From Balanoglossus misakiensis (Eukaryota; Animalia; Hemichordata), in contig CM082581.2 of the NCBI GenBank assembly GCA_040954595.2, positions 10,167,099 through 10,231,098 on the forward strand: 64,000 bases of DNA, given 5' to 3'. How positions within the stretch are numbered: position 1 is the stretch's first letter; every line of letters begins with the position of its first letter. Shown here one piece after another: positions 1-11,560 of the stretch. The position numbers and the translations under genes were made by a program. The notes under the pieces are model-generated. The model had not been told where the DNA came from. It saw only the letters and a list, made by a program, of their open reading frames with translations, and did no database searches.

Positions 1-208
1 CGATTTGAAGCGGCAGCTGGACGCCATCAAAAGCAGTGGCCAGGACACGCAACGCACGGACATAACGTGCGAACTGAAAACGCCATTTTCAACTCCGGCC
101 AGTGGATTTGTGGACACGCCCCTGTCGGAGCTGCCCCCACTGGCACCAATAGAGTTTCCAGAATTAGGTTTTGATCTCAGTAAACTGGGATCTTCCCCGC
201 CGCAATAG
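1..208 (+). CDS. 3' end (last coding exon, partial) of an unidentified protein-coding gene
   Basis: Frame open from the window edge to TAG at 206-208 (DLKRQLDAIK...ELPPLAPIEFPELGFDLSKLGSSPPQ*). GC content is higher than in the flank, and AATAAA follows at 423-428. Family not recognised. Confidence 0.6.
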   Translation, partial: DLKRQLDAIKSSGQDTQRTDITCELKTPFSTPASGFVDTPLSELPPLAPIEFPELGFDLSKLGSSPPQ

Positions 209-857
209 CTTATATTGTTCACTCTGCTTCCTTCTCGTCTGCCATTGCCACTGAGATATTTTGCGGCAGTAAAAAGATGGGGTGTTGTGTTATACGGAGT
301 TGTTGAGCTCGTCATGGTCATTGCATGTTACAGTACACTATGTACACTTTCTGATAAAGTTGGAAAAAAATTACTGATCCTTGTCGTTTGTGTTGTAAAT
401 GCTACAAATGAGACATTTCATTAATAAACCTGACTGGGACCTTATTACCTCACAAGAACAAAATCGTGTTTTGTCAGAATTCTGTCTTGTGCACGTGGCA
501 AGTCTGCCATGTATGCAAATTATGCTCGTGACCAACCAGGGACTATTTTGGTCATGAGATTCACTATTTTGCAAACATGGTGGTGAAAGGGTCAACTAAA
601 TAACAACCTCTGCAGTGAACTTCTATTTTTCAAGACTATTTCAAAAACATCACTAACCTTAGCAAAACGCTAATGTCATATAGAGGATGCACCACACACA
701 ACGAAAGTGGTAAACAGATATTAACGATATTTGTGGAAGCATAGTAAGGTTGCTCATGCCTTCCTGGGGAAGCACTACAACCCACCCACAAGAAATTTCC
801 ATTTTGTTGAACTGCATTCACAGGGTTTGAAAACTGCTGCTTTGTCTCTGTATAATT

Positions 858-863
858 TTTATT
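858..863 (-). terminator. Candidate polyadenylation signal of RMND5 (about 1 kb 3' UTR)
   Basis: AATAAA on the minus strand downstream of the RMND5 stop codon. Confidence 0.4.
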
Positions 864-1905
864 AATTTAATAATATTAAGTTTACAAATTAAAGATGGAA
901 AAAAAGGCAAAAAAAACATTCTGAAATAATGATTGGGGGAAACCAGTGTTTGAATCCAATGATTACCATCGACATATCCCTGAAAACCATGCAACTACCT
1001 CTCCATACTTTCTTGAAGATGTGCCGCTTTCTCTGGTGATTGAATATATTTCTGCTTGGATTAAAACCACTCACTTGTTGCAACATCGGCATACAGCCTA
1101 CAGACTGAGGGGAGTGGTATGCTACGGAGAAAGGGGGCTGTTGATAAAAAATGACAATTTTTCACTTACAAACAAAACAAGGCATAGTCCACGTCATTGT
1201 ACATACAGGTCTCACACCACTATATAATTGCTTCCTGTGCAGTGGGGGGGGGGGGGGTGATAAGTGTAGTGCTTGAGAGATGTAAAAAGGAATATTTGGT
1301 GTAAATTCGTTTTGTCCAAGGCTTGTCTTGAGAAGCTTATTTCAGTGAAGGCAATATTCAGGAACCAGTGGTTTAATATTAATTCAGGATCAACAGCCTC
1401 AATCAGGCAGCAGAATTCCCAAAAGAGATGACGCTCCAACCCTTTCGTCCCCAGATCCCAAAATAGACACCCAACATTACCATAGATTTTGGACCAAAAA
1501 TACATATTCTCCAGTTTCAACATATTGTTGAGTTCTTTTCTGGAAATACTACTGGTCCAAGCTCCGACAAAAAGATAAAAGAACAGATTGGCAGACACAA
1601 GAGTGACACCACAATGGATACAACTAAAGCAAAATTGAACAACAGAAAACAGATGAAAGTCAAATCTTCTCATAAAGCATACCAAACATTACAAAGAAAT
1701 ATACAAGATGAAAGAATTTTTGGCAGTATTTACAGCAATTATATATATTATATCACAGATTTTATTTTTAGATACATATCAGGTCTACCCGAAACTAATA
1801 CTAGTATATCTGACTCTTGAAATCGGTACTTAAAAAGTGACCTATTGAGGGCGCTATAACAATTGTATAAATAATCTTTTTATACATGGGTTTTTTTCTT
1901 TCTTC

Positions 1906-4900
1906 TCAGAAGTGGATTTGTCTGGCATCACTTGGTGACTGTTCAACAGGGCAATACGGACATTTTACTCTGAAAAAAGAAAAGAATAATGCATAACTAT
2001 CATCATTTGTATCACAGTTATTTCTTCGCTATTTATCTTCAAGCATGTTTTTCAAAACCTAGAAACTTGCAAGCATAATCGATGTATACATGTTTGAAAA
2101 TCTTCTCCGGTGATTCTGCAAAACCATGAGGCACAGAGGTATACTCACTTGTTACCACTGATCAACTTATTGAGTGAATCCCTTGAGATGACATGGCCAC
2201 AGATAAGTCTCATCGGTGGGTTGTGATCGGTGCTTTGTTGTCTCAGTATGGGACAGGCAAAGATGGAGTGGTATCTGCAGTCTGTGCCGAGGTCTACTTC
2301 AATCTGTCATTGGAGAAATTGATAAAAAGAAATTAATCAGTCAAAGTGACTATGACGAAAACTGGTTACTTTCATAACTCCTGAGTGACCTTAAATGGTA
2401 TTTGTGCAAAAGACTCACCGGTAACTCATCTTTGGAACTCCACACCCCACTGACTTGTCTCTGCTGCATCACGTGTTTAATGTTGAGGAGAGATGGCAGA
2501 GCTATAGCCCCTGCTTGCACGCTGCAATCAAACAAATATTTCATTTAACAATCTTCGCATTTGATAGACACACCCATCTCCACAATAAGCACTACTTTCA
2601 CTGCCTTCGCTTACCTGCCAAATCATGGTTTAGTCAGTCGCAATATAATAACAAACAGGTTCACTACATTAGATGGGAAATCTAACAGGTGACACACACA
2701 TATTGCTGCCTAACATACACATTATCATGAGAACTACCCTTACCTAACACTGAGAGGACTTTCCACAGATAAACCTAGTAATGCACAGGCATCTCTTGTA
2801 AATACATCGCAGATTTCCAGCCAGTTTATTGGGTCTAGTAGGTGAGAATATGGTGAGTTTTCTATTCCTTGCCGAAGATACAACAGACTCCCCATCATTA
2901 TTTGCAATTCTGTGGAGAAGAGAACAGAGCACAAGGTCAAGAATGTGGTTTTTGACAATCACTGAATTTTCATGAACGTATAAGTGGCTACATTGATTTT
3001 GGAAAACTTTCGATGGACTTTCATTCTTCAAGGATTTCCAAGGAGAGGTTGGGGTTAATCAGCAGTTGCCATCATCCACAAGCGGAACCTTAAATGTTGA
3101 TATGACAGCTTTGACCCGTTGTATTCAAAGAAGTCATTCAGAAACTACACCTGTTTTTGTTTTTTACAAGCAATGACTGTAAAAAAAAAAACCTCACCTC
3201 TGGCGTGTCCATCCGCAAACATGCCAAAGTTTCTAGCGTACTGAAGGATTTGCTGTTGGTTTGCAGCACCTCCTCTCAATAATTCTATAAACTGCAACCT
3301 GTGTAATTTGAACTCCAGAGAGCTGCTCTGTGAGTGAAGTTGCTCTCTGTGCACTTGTGCCCATCTGGAAGGGAAACAGAATAAAGGGTGAAGTGAAGTC
3401 TTTGAAAGTCTGGTAAAACAAAGTACACAATGCTTGGTAAGACTGTGTGTATACTTACTGCAGAGCTGGTTGTAAATTTCTGGCTTTTAGAGCTTCTAGT
3501 ATTTTGTTGATTTCTATAAATGGTTCTTTGTTTGTGCCATCCACCTGTAGAACTGCATCCTGGGAAAGAAGAAAGAGTATTGTATTCAGTGCTCACATTT
3601 TAAATGACAAGGTTACCCCAACACTGCAAATAACAATCCAATGACTCCACAGCAGCTAATAACCTTGTACATATTTACCTGTATAAGTTGTTCTGCGATG
3701 TCTAGCATGCCTTTTCTGAAGAAATGTTCACATATAACTTCATTGATAAGCTGTACTTTCTCTGGCGAGTCAAAATTGGAGTCCTGGCCAAGGGCATTGA
3801 TATCGGGCATGAAATTCTGCAAATAGAAAACCCATTAGATATGACAAACAGAAGTACGTATGCAATGACACTTTGGACAGATACTAACAGGATCTGAAAG
3901 CAACCTAGTGTACATCAAAACATTTCCGCTTACCCTGTCGATGACTTTGCCAATTTTGGACACACTACTGTGTAGATCTTTGTGGTTGCTGCCGATATAC
4001 GAAGCACTATCTCTCATCTTCTTGGTACACTGGGTAACAACAAGACTCTGTGCTGCTGTCAGTTCACTTTCATCAGGAGCTGTAAAATATAGCGTCTGTT
4101 AATTTTGTGTGTGTTCACATCATTCTCTGCACGAATACAGGAAGATCTACACTTCAAAGTGTCAATCATACCAATGTATCTACATGTAAGCAGAACCCAT
4201 GCACCTCTAATTATAGCTGTGTGGGATTTCCTTTACCATGAACATATATACAAGTAAGTATCAAAGCTATAAACTTCTCCAATAGCCCAAAGTGACACAA
4301 GTGACCCATGACCTGTTTTAATTTTGCCTAAAATGGGCAAGATTAAGATGCAGAAGTTTACATAATGTCAGCTGGTGATAAGGTAACCCCAGGCATAGTT
4401 CTATGTCTGTGAAAAAGAAAATGCCACTGTGATTCCACTTGGTCCAGAAATAAATGTAGGAAACAGTCAAAAAACATTGTATTAAATGTAGGTCTACTTA
4501 ATAAATACTATTGAAAGCAAATGCATTCTAAAGATGAAACAGTAAAAGTGTTAAAAGCTGAACGATAGAAGATGGCATATACAGTACACTTATGTAAGAT
4601 TTGAAATACATGAACAATATTTGATGTATTTACATGACCAACCTCATCACCACACAAATGTGTTTTGTGGGGTAGTGGCTGTGACTCATGTTCAACATTT
4701 GTTTCTTGTTTGTATTTTTAGTAATACATGTAAATGTGTAAGGTATGTCACCCCATTTGCTGAAACACACATGGGTGTTTACATAATAATACATGTTGTC
4801 ACACTGTATTTATATCAGAATTCTGATACCAGCCTTTCCAACATATCTATTGTGCATCCCATATGGGTTGGAGTGACAAAGTCAAAAACTGTATGATTCA

Positions 4901-5639
4901 ACAATACATTTAGCAAGAGGAAAATTCATCACAACCAACTGAAATATTAACATTTTCCCTTTTATCACATGTTACCTTATACATGTATATAGGTGTTACT
5001 CTTACACTGTATCAAGATTGGCATAAAATGTCACTGTGGGTGCGATATGCAGCTATGAAGTGAACTGGAGGAAACACAGTTAGCAAATATCATGGAGGTA
5101 ACATGAAAGGGTCATTCTTGTCTTGACAGCTCATGTGACCTTTCCAATAGTTCGTGTTTGTTGTTCTGAATGTAAAATTTGACCTCCACAAGGTTCACCA
5201 CAGGCGACGACCTTGCGAAAGTACAGTAACATAACACGTACACAGCAGTATGTAATAAACAAACCGAAAAAAAAAGTTTCTATAGACCCATTACATAAAT
5301 TCTGCCACCGCTGCTCGCGTTAGAATACATTAACAACTCATTCTGTTCGTGGAATGAGTAACGCCAATAAAATGAAATTAAACGACCTAGTTTGCATCTT
5401 GCCTCTAATTAAATCACCACACACTCTCCTTTGTTTTTGAAATGAACTCAACCTCCATGTCACACTTCCGGTTTAAATTCGGCTTGTTGAGGTATCCACC
5501 TACCTTCTCTGAGCTCGTTTCTAATCCCTTCTACATGTTGTATGAGTTCTTCTAAAGTTTTCTGGGTGTGGGAAGCAATCTGCTGAAATTTCACCCACAC
5601 TTTATCCACATCTCGTTCAACGCTGAGACAGGCATCCAT
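1906..5639 (-). CDS. RMND5A: E3 ubiquitin ligase RMND5 (GID2, CTLH complex RING subunit), 9 exons, 391 aa
   Basis: Exons 5639-5504, 4079-3934, 3816-3679, 3559-3459, 3364-3198, 2909-2744, 2521-2419, 2303-2149, 1969-1906. All introns are GT-AG and in phase, total 1176 nt. Motifs: [31 protein letters not shown], LisH ([17 protein letters not shown]), CTLH ([11 protein letters not shown]), CRA, and the degenerate [15 protein letters not shown]...CGHVIS...KCPYCP. Probably the pro-orthologue of RMND5A/B. Confidence 0.96.
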
Positions 5640-5983
5640 TTTCCTGTTTTATTTTGATGACCCTATGAAGGTGCTCCACTGGCTGGTGGTGATTTTTAAT
5701 ACGGCTGATTTATCTTCAATGGCAACTGTTTCTGATAGGAGGTCAAACTCACTGACGGAAAACATATGTTTATTTTGCCAATAAAGGTTATAAAACAATT
5801 TTAGCATAAACTCCCAAAGTATATTCGTTGTTGATGAAAGTTAGGAGATTAATTTATGTTGTCTTAGAGGGCTCATAAATTGACGATATTACTGATAGAG
5901 GGCGCAAACATAGAAACGGCGAAATCGAGGCTACGCGTGAATGGTGGCCATTGCTTGCAGTTTTTGAAGGAAATACCAGAGAC
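5640..5983. promoter_or_regulatory. Bidirectional promoter region RMND5/PFDN5
   Basis: The divergent ATGs are only 344 bp apart. An ETS/GABP-type ACTTCCGG lies at 5464-5471 in RMND5 intron 1, and a CTCF-like TAGAGGGCGC lies at about 5896-5905. Confidence 0.65.
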
Positions 5984-6454
5984 ATGTCGAGCGGTCTACA
6001 GCAGATCAATTTGGCGCAGTTGCCGCTGCCACAGTTGGATCACCTTAAGAACCAAGTAGAGCAAGAGTTTGAATTCTTTTCTACGTCGCTGAACCAGCTA
6101 CGGATCGGTCAGACCAAACTGACAGAGGCAACCGAAAGCGTGACCAAGTTACGAGAAGATCGCAGAGCGAGTGACATTCTTGTACCACTGACCAGTTCTC
6201 TGTATGTTCCCGGTAAGCTGTGCGACGTTGACAAGGTGCTCATCGAAATCGGTACTGGTTATTACGTGGAAAAGAGTTTAGAAGATGCTGAAGATTACTA
6301 CAAACGCAAAATGGAGTTTTTGGACGTGCAGATCAAAAAAGTAGCCGGCCTGCTCCAGGAGAAGGCGAAGCTGAAACAAGCTGTAGTTGAAGTGATGCAG
6401 ATGAAGATCCAGGCGCAGATGGCCCAACAACAGCAAGGTGCTGCCAAGTCATAA
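5984..6454 (+). CDS. PFDN5: Prefoldin subunit 5, intronless, 156 aa
   Basis: ATG at 5984 (gacATGt). Alpha-prefoldin motifs ILVPLTSSLYVPGKL and VLIEIGTGYYVEK. AATAAA at 6993-6998. Confidence 0.96.
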   Translation: MSSGLQQINLAQLPLPQLDHLKNQVEQEFEFFSTSLNQLRIGQTKLTEATESVTKLREDRRASDILVPLTSSLYVPGKLCDVDKVLIEIGTGYYVEKSLEDAEDYYKRKMEFLDVQIKKVAGLLQEKAKLKQAVVEVMQMKIQAQMAQQQQGAAKS

Positions 6455-7125
6455 CATTTTAAAACAATACCATACCCCACAACGGCGCGGTTGGAAGTCT
6501 AATGGAAAGACCCCACACCATAGGATTGTGACAAATGACATTTTCCCCTGCCTTGCAATTGAGCATGGATTCACTACTAATCTCTGGCAATGTTTAGTGG
6601 AATGGACAACAACGACAATTTCTTTCAAAGAAATGTAAAATGTCTCTCTTCAGCTGAGCTCTGTCATTGGAGCTGTATGTAGACTAGTTTTGTTCGAGCT
6701 GTATGCAGTGGCTTACGAAAGTGACCATATTTTTTATTTTGTACAGAACTTTTAAGATGTATATTCTGTGCTGTTGTTTCTTCAATTATTATAGTCTTCT
6801 TCAAATAGATCGCAATCATTGTAATTTGTATCACTACTTCATGCTATCACCATCAAGTCCAGAGGGGGAGGGGTCAAAATTGAACAACATTTGTGCTGCT
6901 GACTGACCGTCTTGTGTGTGTGATCATACACGACGTGCCAGTGCAGCAGTACTGGTAAATGTCACATCACTCTAATCTAGAAGTACATTGTCAATAAAGT
7001 CGATCTTACCAGGTAAATTAATTGTGTGGCTGTCTCTGACTTTACATACACCCTGCATTTTATTTATTAAAACATTAATAGAAAACTATTCTATATCGCT
7101 AAGTCAAAGCCTCAATTTCATCTTC

Positions 7126-8384
7126 CTAAGAACCGTCGTCAGTCCGCCTATTCGCTCCGAAACCGTAGCGGAGGCTCAGATATCGCGAGAAGTCTCCGGC
7201 CTGATACTCTGACGTCGATGTCGGCCAAGAACTGAACGGTGTTCGATGAGAGTCGACGGGTGCTGTGAGTTTATCTTGGATGACGAACAGGAAATCGTCC
7301 AACACCGATGTGTATTCTTTGATGGAGTAAGCTAAGTGACCAATAACTGCGACGAAAGGAGAAATGGTGAGGAGATCGTGGTTAAAGTTTGGAAACGGTC
7401 CGGAAAACAATGTTACCTGTAGTATGGTAAAAAGTGGGGCTTGCTCTGACTATATGAGTAAGCTTACTAGTGCTACGGTACCTTTTCGTGTTCCATCGGT
7501 TTAGATCAGCAACTCGAGTAGCCTATCCTATGAAATATGGACACTCGAGAACAAAATTATCGGATGCATGGCAAAAAAAATGTTACACTTTTACCTGCAC
7601 TCTCAGGTGTAGGGGAAGAAGTATGTTCAGCATCAGAAGACTCCCCGTATTTCAGAGCAACTGCATGCAGACGGGTTGCATACTGGTTCTGCAGGCGACC
7701 CCTTTTCTCGTGTAAGTTTTGCAAGTGGTCTGATATGACTCCTGCCTCCACGAGATTCCTTCTGGCCGCCGCAATATGATCTGTGGAGGAGAGTTTAGAA
7801 CCTATGTCTACCGAATGCCTTAAAGTGTACTTTAAAATATCCTGTAGACCATAGACCTACCAAGTACCAAGTAAAGACCTTAGATATTTTAAAACTGATT
7901 TTCTTTTCAAAACGCAGTTATATGAAAGACTATATGTGTACGACAAGTGCTGACGTTCTTAGCCCACCAGTGACCGGAATAGGCCTATATCGCCGATTTA
8001 TAATTATGGTTTTGCTGAGAAAAGCTGACCAAAGAATGGGGGAGTATATCAGCGGAAACAAGGTTGGCGCCAGTCTGAATTAAACTCAATATATTCTCAG
8101 TTGATTAATTTCTGCCGCTGGTAGATCCACGTCACATCACCCGAACACGGTACGTCATATTTGAATGGTTGACGACAGTTGTGGAAGGGGGTCTGTGTAT
8201 CGGGGTGAGAATCAAGACCGTCGCGTACACTGCGGCAGCAAACAGAATTCGACGCCCGTCACGCAGACGACGACGGTGATACTTTTTTTTCGTAAACCTC
8301 TTGTCGCTTACCCCTGGCGGAGAGCGCCGTCTGGCGACTTTGTTGGTCTGTTTGGGCTGCCAGAGATTCGTGCCTTTGGTTCAT
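7126..8384 (-). CDS. Uncharacterised 159-aa protein with a divergent FCH/F-BAR-like helical region (3 coding exons)
   Basis: Exons 8384-8312, 7780-7595, 7346-7126. Both introns are phase-1 GT-AG with strong acceptors (ctctcctccacag; catttctcctttcgtcgcag). Total 480 nt in frame, with AATAAA on the minus strand near 7059-7068. The pattern ISDHLQNLHEKRGRLQNQYATRLHAVALKY resembles the FCH consensus (L..F..ER..IE..YA..L..L..K). Confidence 0.62.
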
Positions 8385-8520
8385 CTTGAAATATTCAATT
8401 CCTCATTTTGTAGAATATGTTCTAGATTCGTTACCATGGTAGACATTCGATTTGGTCTGAGAAAATTGACAGTAGCATGCAAGACCCGACTGGAAGGACC
8501 TAAAAGAATTGCATTACTTT

Positions 8521-8655
8521 TTAAACAACCGCGTGAAATGAAATGACGTAAATTCAAGATATAAACTAATATAATTTAGACACGAATTTTCATACTGTTT
8601 ATGAAATTTCGTACGAAAATCTGTTATCGAATGTATGCGGCTCTCGCGTGGTTAA
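8521..8655. repeat. Degenerate fold-back (possible MITE remnant)
   Basis: Imperfect terminal inverted repeats ttaaacaaccgcg / cgcgtggttaa and a central 13-bp inverted repeat acgaattttcata / tatgaaatttcgt with 1 mismatch. Confidence 0.3.
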
Positions 8656-11003
8656 AGCTTACGCGAGAACACCATCGTCCCCAAAGCCAATATTTGAAAG
8701 TCAAAACAGCATGGAATTCAGTGGATAGTGGGACCACACAGTTGTTATACTGACACACGTGCGTCGTTTGGCCATTAAGCAAACATATTTCTCATACCCT
8801 CTGTAAATGCACGGTGACGTTATTAGTCGTGGCATATTGAGCGGACCATCTCAACCGGCCAATTTTACTCGGTGAAGGATGGTGTTTTTTTATGTACAAA
8901 ATAGTGACATTGTTTCACAAACTTTCCGACTTCAGTAAACGTGCGTTACTTTCCAGATGTGTACAACTGAACGATCAACGGAAGCGAGCAGGAGAAATCT
9001 TGTTTGGCAAAGAGTTTTGCAAGATTGGTAGATTGTAAAATCTAGTTTTCTAAGGAGAAATAGACTTCGCTGTCGGAGTTCCAGTGGACGTAGTGAAATT
9101 CTCATCGCGTTGCCGCCTGTAATTGATCCTTCCCACAAAAAAGCGAGCCACTTATCAGCGTCATTAAATCTCACGGTCTCTCTCCCATTTCAATTTGTTT
9201 ATTTCTAATTGAATGACCAGGGTGAACTGCAGGCTAATAGGTAGGGCGTGGCCAGGCTTTTAGCCGCAGTGAGTGGCGGTCACTGCCTCCTCTCCCACAG
9301 GTAGGCCTATACTCACGCGTCCATATCATAGCTAAAACAATGAGTGTACTGATGAGTCTTTGATGACTGAGACGGAGTCATACTGCTAATCTTGTATTAG
9401 AGAGACTGTTAGTCGACGGCAAGATGTGAATTAGGTGCTCCCTGAACTTAATTAATTAGTGATAGTGTCTGGGAAAGGGGAACGATGTTTCGTTGTTTTT
9501 TGTCAAGGATGTCACAATGATGGCACGCAGTGGCAACTATTTTTGGTTTTGTCGAAAAATGAACAAACGGGAGTCGATTCAAATATTCTTAGTCAAGACG
9601 GTTACAAAAGGTGAAGTTTAACAGGAAAACTTGGTGACTGTTCTCCGAAAGACTTCTCTTTCACAGGGGGTGCGCTTGCAGCGAGTCGTCAGCCCCGGTA
9701 TTGGCTTACACATCATGTTTCTGATATAGGGTAACGACTTCACTGTATGCAAATATTCACCACGATAACGTCACACTTCTGGAGAAAGTGGGCGATTCAG
9801 TAGACGATTTGACTGCAACGATTTTCCACTTCGCTGGCTGTGATAACTGATACAAGTAACTTTCTTTCTGGGTTCGTTTTGTTCTCCGTTTCCCATGGGT
9901 TCTTCGAGCCAGCCTATTTAGAGATGCAGGGCATAGATAGCGAATCCCGCACTGCTATTTGGAAGCATTCACACCACTTAGGGATGTAGTCAAGCGAAAA
10001 TGGCGACCGCGGTTCCAACAGATACGGACGGTTTGTTTTCACCTATACACGGGACTGCACGTGAAGAAACAAGGGGCGCTATGAGAGTTGGTGTCGCTTT
10101 GATTGACCTACGCTGGTGGCTTATCACGAGTTCGTCAACTTTCTGGTCAACCATGATAATGGCACAGACGATAGAACGACTTGTAAGCAACCACAAGATA
10201 ATCTCTTGGAAAAGACAAAGTTGGAAAGCTTCTGTACACTGTCATACACCGTCAATGTCACACAAGAATTCAGTGGTCGCATCAAATTGTTGTCAAATTG
10301 TTGCCAAATATACATGGGAGTGGTACTTTTTCGGGGAAAAACAAGTTTTAAACGTTTGTTTCTATAAACGTAGAAATATATCAACTTTTGAACAGATGAC
10401 GAACTCTGACAGCTCGACTGGACTGCGTATACTCCCAAACTTGTTTACTCAGTTCACTGTACATATAATATTCTTTCAAATTATGCTAACTGTGCGGAAT
10501 TCACTTAAAATTAGCGAACCACTGAGTGGGCTTGATTTAATTACAATATATAGTCGCCCTGGGCAATAGGGGTAGACCTTAACTCGAGACGTTTGAAAAC
10601 TAAACTCATTTGAATGTTAAAGTAAAAACACATTTAACTTTTACTTACAAAAGAAAGAGAAAATTCCATCTTTTATTGTTATGATTTTGAATAATGGGTT
10701 TCTTTTTCTAATAAGATGATTTCGATATTATGTTAATTAATAATGGTATTTAAATCATGTAAGTCGCCCCTGGCACAGTACGTGGTATGATAAAAGCCGT
10801 GCTCATAATCATTTAGATGATGATGATAAAATCTCGCGTGGAAGTAAGGACCAACCCGTGAGCAGACATTGGCGCTCGCCTTACACCACAAAGTCAGCCG
10901 ACTCCCCACGTATCGCCCCGTCTTTATTTGTTTCTTCGTTTCTCGTGGAAACAAGACGACAACACAGTCTCGTCAGGAAGTGGAGTGATGCGGGCGAAAG
11001 TTG

Positions 11004-11040
11004 CATAAATAGCATGCGAAGTTCATGCGAATCGTCATTC
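11004..11040 (+). promoter_or_regulatory. Candidate TATA + Inr core promoter of the sage/Mesp gene
   Basis: CATAAATA at 11004-11011 and Inr-like TCATTC at 11035-11040 have canonical spacing. A donor CAG|GTACGT at 11243/11244 and acceptors at 11460 and 11549 define a 5' UTR intron. Confidence 0.4.
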
Positions 11041-11560
11041 GTTCAACTGAGAACACACTGTCAGATACTGCTCGCCACTCGTTGCATCGATTCTTGCAGC
11101 GAACTTCGAAACGCAAGTTAAGGGACTCGATTCTGAAGTTCATTAACTCCCAGTGCTTCAAAGACGTGGAGATAAAAACATCATCTTGTGCAACGTTATT
11201 AACTCATTGTTAGACTTCTGCGGGACTGAAGGCACTGTTCCAGGTACGTACATTGCGTTCTATCGACAGGTACTACTATAGGTAGCAGACTATAAGTGAC
11301 AAAAAGTTAACTGCATGATTTCTATATCTAAAATGATAAAACAATTCTTAGTTATACCTAAAAATACAATTTCTTTAAGCATGTAATTTTGTTAATTTTA
11401 CTAAATAACGTAGCTTTATAACTTATATCTGCGGAGAAATTATTTTCTTTTCTTCTGCAGAAATCTATTCTGGAATTTCAGTTTCTTGCCCTGGTTGCTC
11501 TCAGACTTGCCTGCCTTTAAACATATTGCACTATACTTTCTCTTGTCAGATTTAAAAGCA

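Noticed and set aside
7150-7200. DFSRYLSLRYG resembling an NPY/NPF amidation motif
   Set aside because: The assembled protein has no signal peptide, and no dibasic cleavage site follows the Gly.
7383-7417. Alternative acceptor tactacag| for the last exon of the FCH-like gene
   Set aside because: Weak pyrimidine tract, and it gives a stop after about 11 codons. The 7346 acceptor is stronger and in frame.
10000-10569. 189-aa plus-strand ORF and overlapping ORFs between the FCH-like gene and sage
   Set aside because: No recognisable domain, composition is not protein-like, and there is no convincing splice partner. Left as non-coding/regulatory.
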